64,000 bases of DNA from contig JAVRCV020000022.1 in assembly GCA_034530615.2 (NCBI GenBank), positions 1-64,000 on the forward strand, read 5' to 3'. Under the pieces are notes generated by a model, which did no database searches, was not told where the DNA came from, and saw only the letters and a program-made list of their open reading frames with translations. Shown here piece by piece: positions 61,219 to 64,000 of the stretch; positions within the stretch are counted from its first letter, which is position 1; every line of letters starts with the position of its first letter. This DNA is from Aulosira sp. ZfuVER01 (GTDB lineage: Bacteria; Cyanobacteriota; Cyanobacteriia; Cyanobacteriales; Nostocaceae). Made by a program: the position numbers and the translations under genes.

Positions 61219-62034
61219 TTATATTTTATAGCTACGTTTAATGATAGAAAAATACCAGCTATCGGGTAGTAGTTTACGCAGCATCAGCAACAGTGGCGCA
61301 GGTTGACCCACAGAATAACGCATCTTGCTGCTGCGATCGCTTGCCGCTTGAAAAATCACCTTAGCAACTACTTCCGGTGGTTCCCCATTTCGCCCAGCTT
61401 CCTGGGAAACCTTTTCTACTGTATCGACTAACGATTTATACATGGGTAAATCATCACTCATGATAAACTGCCGACTGCTACCGTAAAACTCGGTTTTAAT
61501 CGCGCCTGGTTCGATAATTTTAACTTTAATATTGAAAGGTTCTAATTCATAGTGCAATGATTCGCTAAATCCTTCTACTGCCCATTTAGAACTGTGATAA
61601 ATGCTGTATAACGGGAAAGTAACTCGACCTCCCATACTGGCGATTTGAATAATTGTACCGCCACCTTGTTCGCGAAAATGGGGAATGATGGCTCGGGTGA
61701 CTCGCATTAATCCAAACAAATTGGTATTGAATTGCTGCTCAATGATTTCATCGTTCATGGCTTCAAATACGCCATCTACACCAAAACCTGCATTGTTAAC
61801 TAAAACATCAATTTGACCGAAATCTTGGATAGCAGATGCGATCGCACTCTGAATACTGTTATTGTCTGTAACGTCTAAGGAATATAACTTGACGTTGGAT
61901 AAGTTAGACAAATCTTTGTCTTTGCTGGGGTTACGCATGGTTGCAGCAACGTTCCACCCTTGTTGAGCAAAGTACATTGCAGTCAGTTTACCAATACCAC
62001 TGGATGTTCCGGTGATGAGGACTGTTTTAGGCAT
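61219..62034 (-). CDS. SDR family oxidoreductase
   Basis: TGTSSGIG, NNAG and YHSSK motifs. Confidence 0.93.
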   Translation of the reverse strand: MPKTVLITGTSSGIGKLTAMYFAQQGWNVAATMRNPSKDKDLSNLSNVKLYSLDVTDNNSIQSAIASAIQDFGQIDVLVNNAGFGVDGVFEAMNDEIIEQQFNTNLFGLMRVTRAIIPHFREQGGGTIIQIASMGGRVTFPLYSIYHSSKWAVEGFSESLHYELEPFNIKVKIIEPGAIKTEFYGSSRQFIMSDDLPMYKSLVDTVEKVSQEAGRNGEPPEVVAKVIFQAASDRSSKMRYSVGQPAPLLLMLRKLLPDSWYFSIIKRSYKI

Positions 62035-62139
62035 TGTTTCCGGGAGATTAAGTAAAATGTAGCGTAAACAAAAATACTATCTGCTTTGGTAATTGCGTTA
62101 AATATACTTAAATGATTATCTTCGATGCGATCGCTATTG

Positions 62140-62723
62140 TCAGCGGCTCAATGGATTTTTGTTCTGTGCTGCTGATGTTATGGTTTGCTCAATTCTCCTC
62201 AACCTTGTCTCTGGACGTTTAGCGCTATCAATCCAAGATAGGATATTTTTCTTGGATGAGTTACTAAACGCCTCAAAATACCTATTAGCAGTTTCATTTG
62301 CTGCTAATGCTAGTTTTAAATCTGTTGGGATTGTTAATGCTTCAATCGCATCTAAGCTAGTCCATGAACCATCTTGTTTTGCAGCTTCAATCTTTTTTAA
62401 ACCAGCTTCAGTCATCAAATCTTGGGTAATGAGTTCTTCAATATATTGCTTATTTAATTTTGACCATACACTTTTTGGTTTTCGAGGTGTAAATATTTGT
62501 CTATATCGTTCTTCGTCCAATGATTTTACTTTACTATCAATCCAACCAAAGCATAAGGCTTCTTTTACTGCTTCACTATATTTGATGCTTGGCTTTCCAC
62601 TTTTTACTTTGTAGTAAATCAGCCATACTCCGATAGAACTATGATGATTTTTTCCAACCATTCTCGCCATTCTTGACGGTCTTGGGCATAAACTGTTTCT
62701 AGTTGGTTCTCAAATTTTGGCAT
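62140..62723 (-). pseudogene. YdeI/OmpD-associated family protein with a 1-bp frameshift
   Basis: MPKFENQLETVYAQDRQEWREWLEK from 62723 shifts frame at an A6 run (62648-62653) into NHHSSIGVW...ALCFGWIDS...AKRPETR. Confidence 0.75.
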
Positions 62724-62783
62724 AGCAGAAATTTAACAGAGGAAACTTAACCATTAATAATAATTTGCCTCAAACTAATAGTT

Positions 62784-63113
62784 TCAAACTTTTGCCATAC
62801 AATCTCCAATCGCTTGAACAACAAATGGTGCGCCTAAAATTTTTGGTTTCCAGCCAGCTTGTATTGCTTGCAATATCCATCTGGCTGCATCTGAAGGTTT
62901 CACTGGTTTAACTTCAGCTATCCAATTTTGGGGGTGAGGTTTATCGGTGTAGATGACTAATACTGAACCAGGTACTTGAGCATGTTCTACTGCAACATGA
63001 ATATACCCACAACCATAATCTGCTTGAGAGTTGGTAGCTTGTCTTCGGATTAGCCAAATAAAAGGCTCTCCATCAACTACAATTTTTCTTGTGCCTCGCT
63101 TTGGTATTGACAC
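62784..63113 (-). CDS. Hypothetical protein
   Basis: 109-aa ORF with GAGGAG RBS; RKIVVDG..F.W and AIQAGW.P pattern. Confidence 0.6.
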   Translation of the reverse strand: MSIPKRGTRKIVVDGEPFIWLIRRQATNSQADYGCGYIHVAVEHAQVPGSVLVIYTDKPHPQNWIAEVKPVKPSDAARWILQAIQAGWKPKILGAPFVVQAIGDCMAKV

Positions 63114-63183
63114 TTGCTTAGGCTCTCCTCAGTTCTCCAACATAGCAATTGTTTTCAGGTTTCAAAAATCTAAATGCATTGAG

Positions 63184-63711
63184 CTACGAAGATATTTCAA
63201 TTAATTGCATATTTGCCTTGATTGGATCAAAACCCAATCGGAACTTTGTACTAGAGCTATACTTCGCTCCTGTAAAGTTAGCCTCAGTAATGACTGCTTC
63301 GGATAGGTCAGATCCACTTAAATTTGCTTCACTCAAGTCTGCTTCTCTCAGACGGGTTTCCCTCAAATTCGTTCGCAAAAGTGTAGCACCACATAAGGTT
63401 GCTCTCAACAATATGGTTCTCGTTAAATTAGCCCCTGACATGAATGAATAACTCAGATTAGCACCTGTAAGATTGGCTCGGCTCAATTCAGCTTTATTCA
63501 AAATAGAGGTGCTGAAATTGGTTTGAAACAAAAGTGCGTCGCTCAGATTAGCTCCAGTAAAGTCAGTTTTTCTCAGGTCTGCTCTACTAAAATTAATTCC
63601 TGTCAATATGACTCCACTCAAATTCATTCCACTTAAATTAGAACCTTCAAAATTGCGTTCTCCAAGGTTGTACTGTTCTAGCAATTGTTCAGCACTATTG
63701 ACTTTGGGCAT
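63184..63711 (-). CDS. Pentapeptide-repeat protein
   Basis: LLEQY..GERNF followed by continuous A(D/N)LS pentapeptides. Confidence 0.9.
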   Translation of the reverse strand: MPKVNSAEQLLEQYNLGERNFEGSNLSGMNLSGVILTGINFSRADLRKTDFTGANLSDALLFQTNFSTSILNKAELSRANLTGANLSYSFMSGANLTRTILLRATLCGATLLRTNLRETRLREADLSEANLSGSDLSEAVITEANFTGAKYSSSTKFRLGFDPIKANMQLIEISS

Positions 63712-63815
63712 TCAGCTATCCTTTGGTAATTGCACACCGCTTCCAAATTAACCGCTCAATGCGCCTAATGTCCAAAATCAGCGGCGGTAAATAATCTTAG
63801 TATCTCCGACGCCTT

Positions 63816-64000
63816 TCAACTGTCCGCTACGTTGATAACAGGTAGCCAGGGAATATCTGTAACGCCTGGTTCGTAGCCCAATTGCTTGATTAGGGTTGTG
63901 GCTTGTCCTCAATGATGAGTTTGATGGTTGAATATATGGGTAACTAAAACCCAAGTTGGTAATATGCGCTGCTGACGATCTACATTGCTGATATATTCAA
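63816..64000 (-). pseudogene. DinB-family protein C-terminus with a nonsense codon (5' part outside the window)
   Basis: THIFNHQTHH*GQATTLIKQLGYEPGVTD; TGA at 63911-63909 replaces R of the HHRGQ motif. Confidence 0.75.

Larger units (their letters stand above)
56307..64000. mobile_element. nifD excision element, left part (right end and recombinase outside the window)
   Basis: GGATTACTCCG at 56307-56317 is the known 11-bp nifD-element repeat of Anabaena PCC 7120; the nifD 3' end and nifK do not follow. Confidence 0.88.

Overview
Chromosomal nif region of a heterocyst-forming cyanobacterium (Nostoc-like, from dense HIP1 GCGATCGC sites, heptamer STRR repeats and glbN between nifU and nifH). 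Layout: (1) 1-7.9 kb accessory cluster (Ser/Thr kinase-WD40, Uma2, DUF433/PIN-like toxin-antitoxin pair, rearranged Rpn gene, oxidoreductase). (2) nifB and fdxN, with fdxN interrupted by a 39,651-bp XisF-type excision element bounded by the direct repeat TATTCTCAGAA (10908-10918 and 50559-50569); excision restores a 117-aa FdxN. (3) nifS-nifU-glbN-nifH-nifD, with nifD interrupted at GGATTACTCCG (56307-56317) by a second element that runs off the window and carries a restriction-modification pair and decaying cargo. The fdxN element carries a phage-like HTH/Rep module and a complete type III-A CRISPR-Cas locus: HD-less Cas10, Csm2-5, Cas6, CARF-HEPN, stand-alone CARF, TM-CARF, Csx3-ATPase fusion, WYL protein, RT-Cas1, a degenerate second Cas1, Cas2 and three arrays with triplicated leaders. 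It also carries a RelE-like/HTH pair, a TPR-CHAT protease, a second large serine recombinase with a possible intact att-like site, and a carboxysome-type carbonic anhydrase. All calls are by manual motif reading; no database searches were run.
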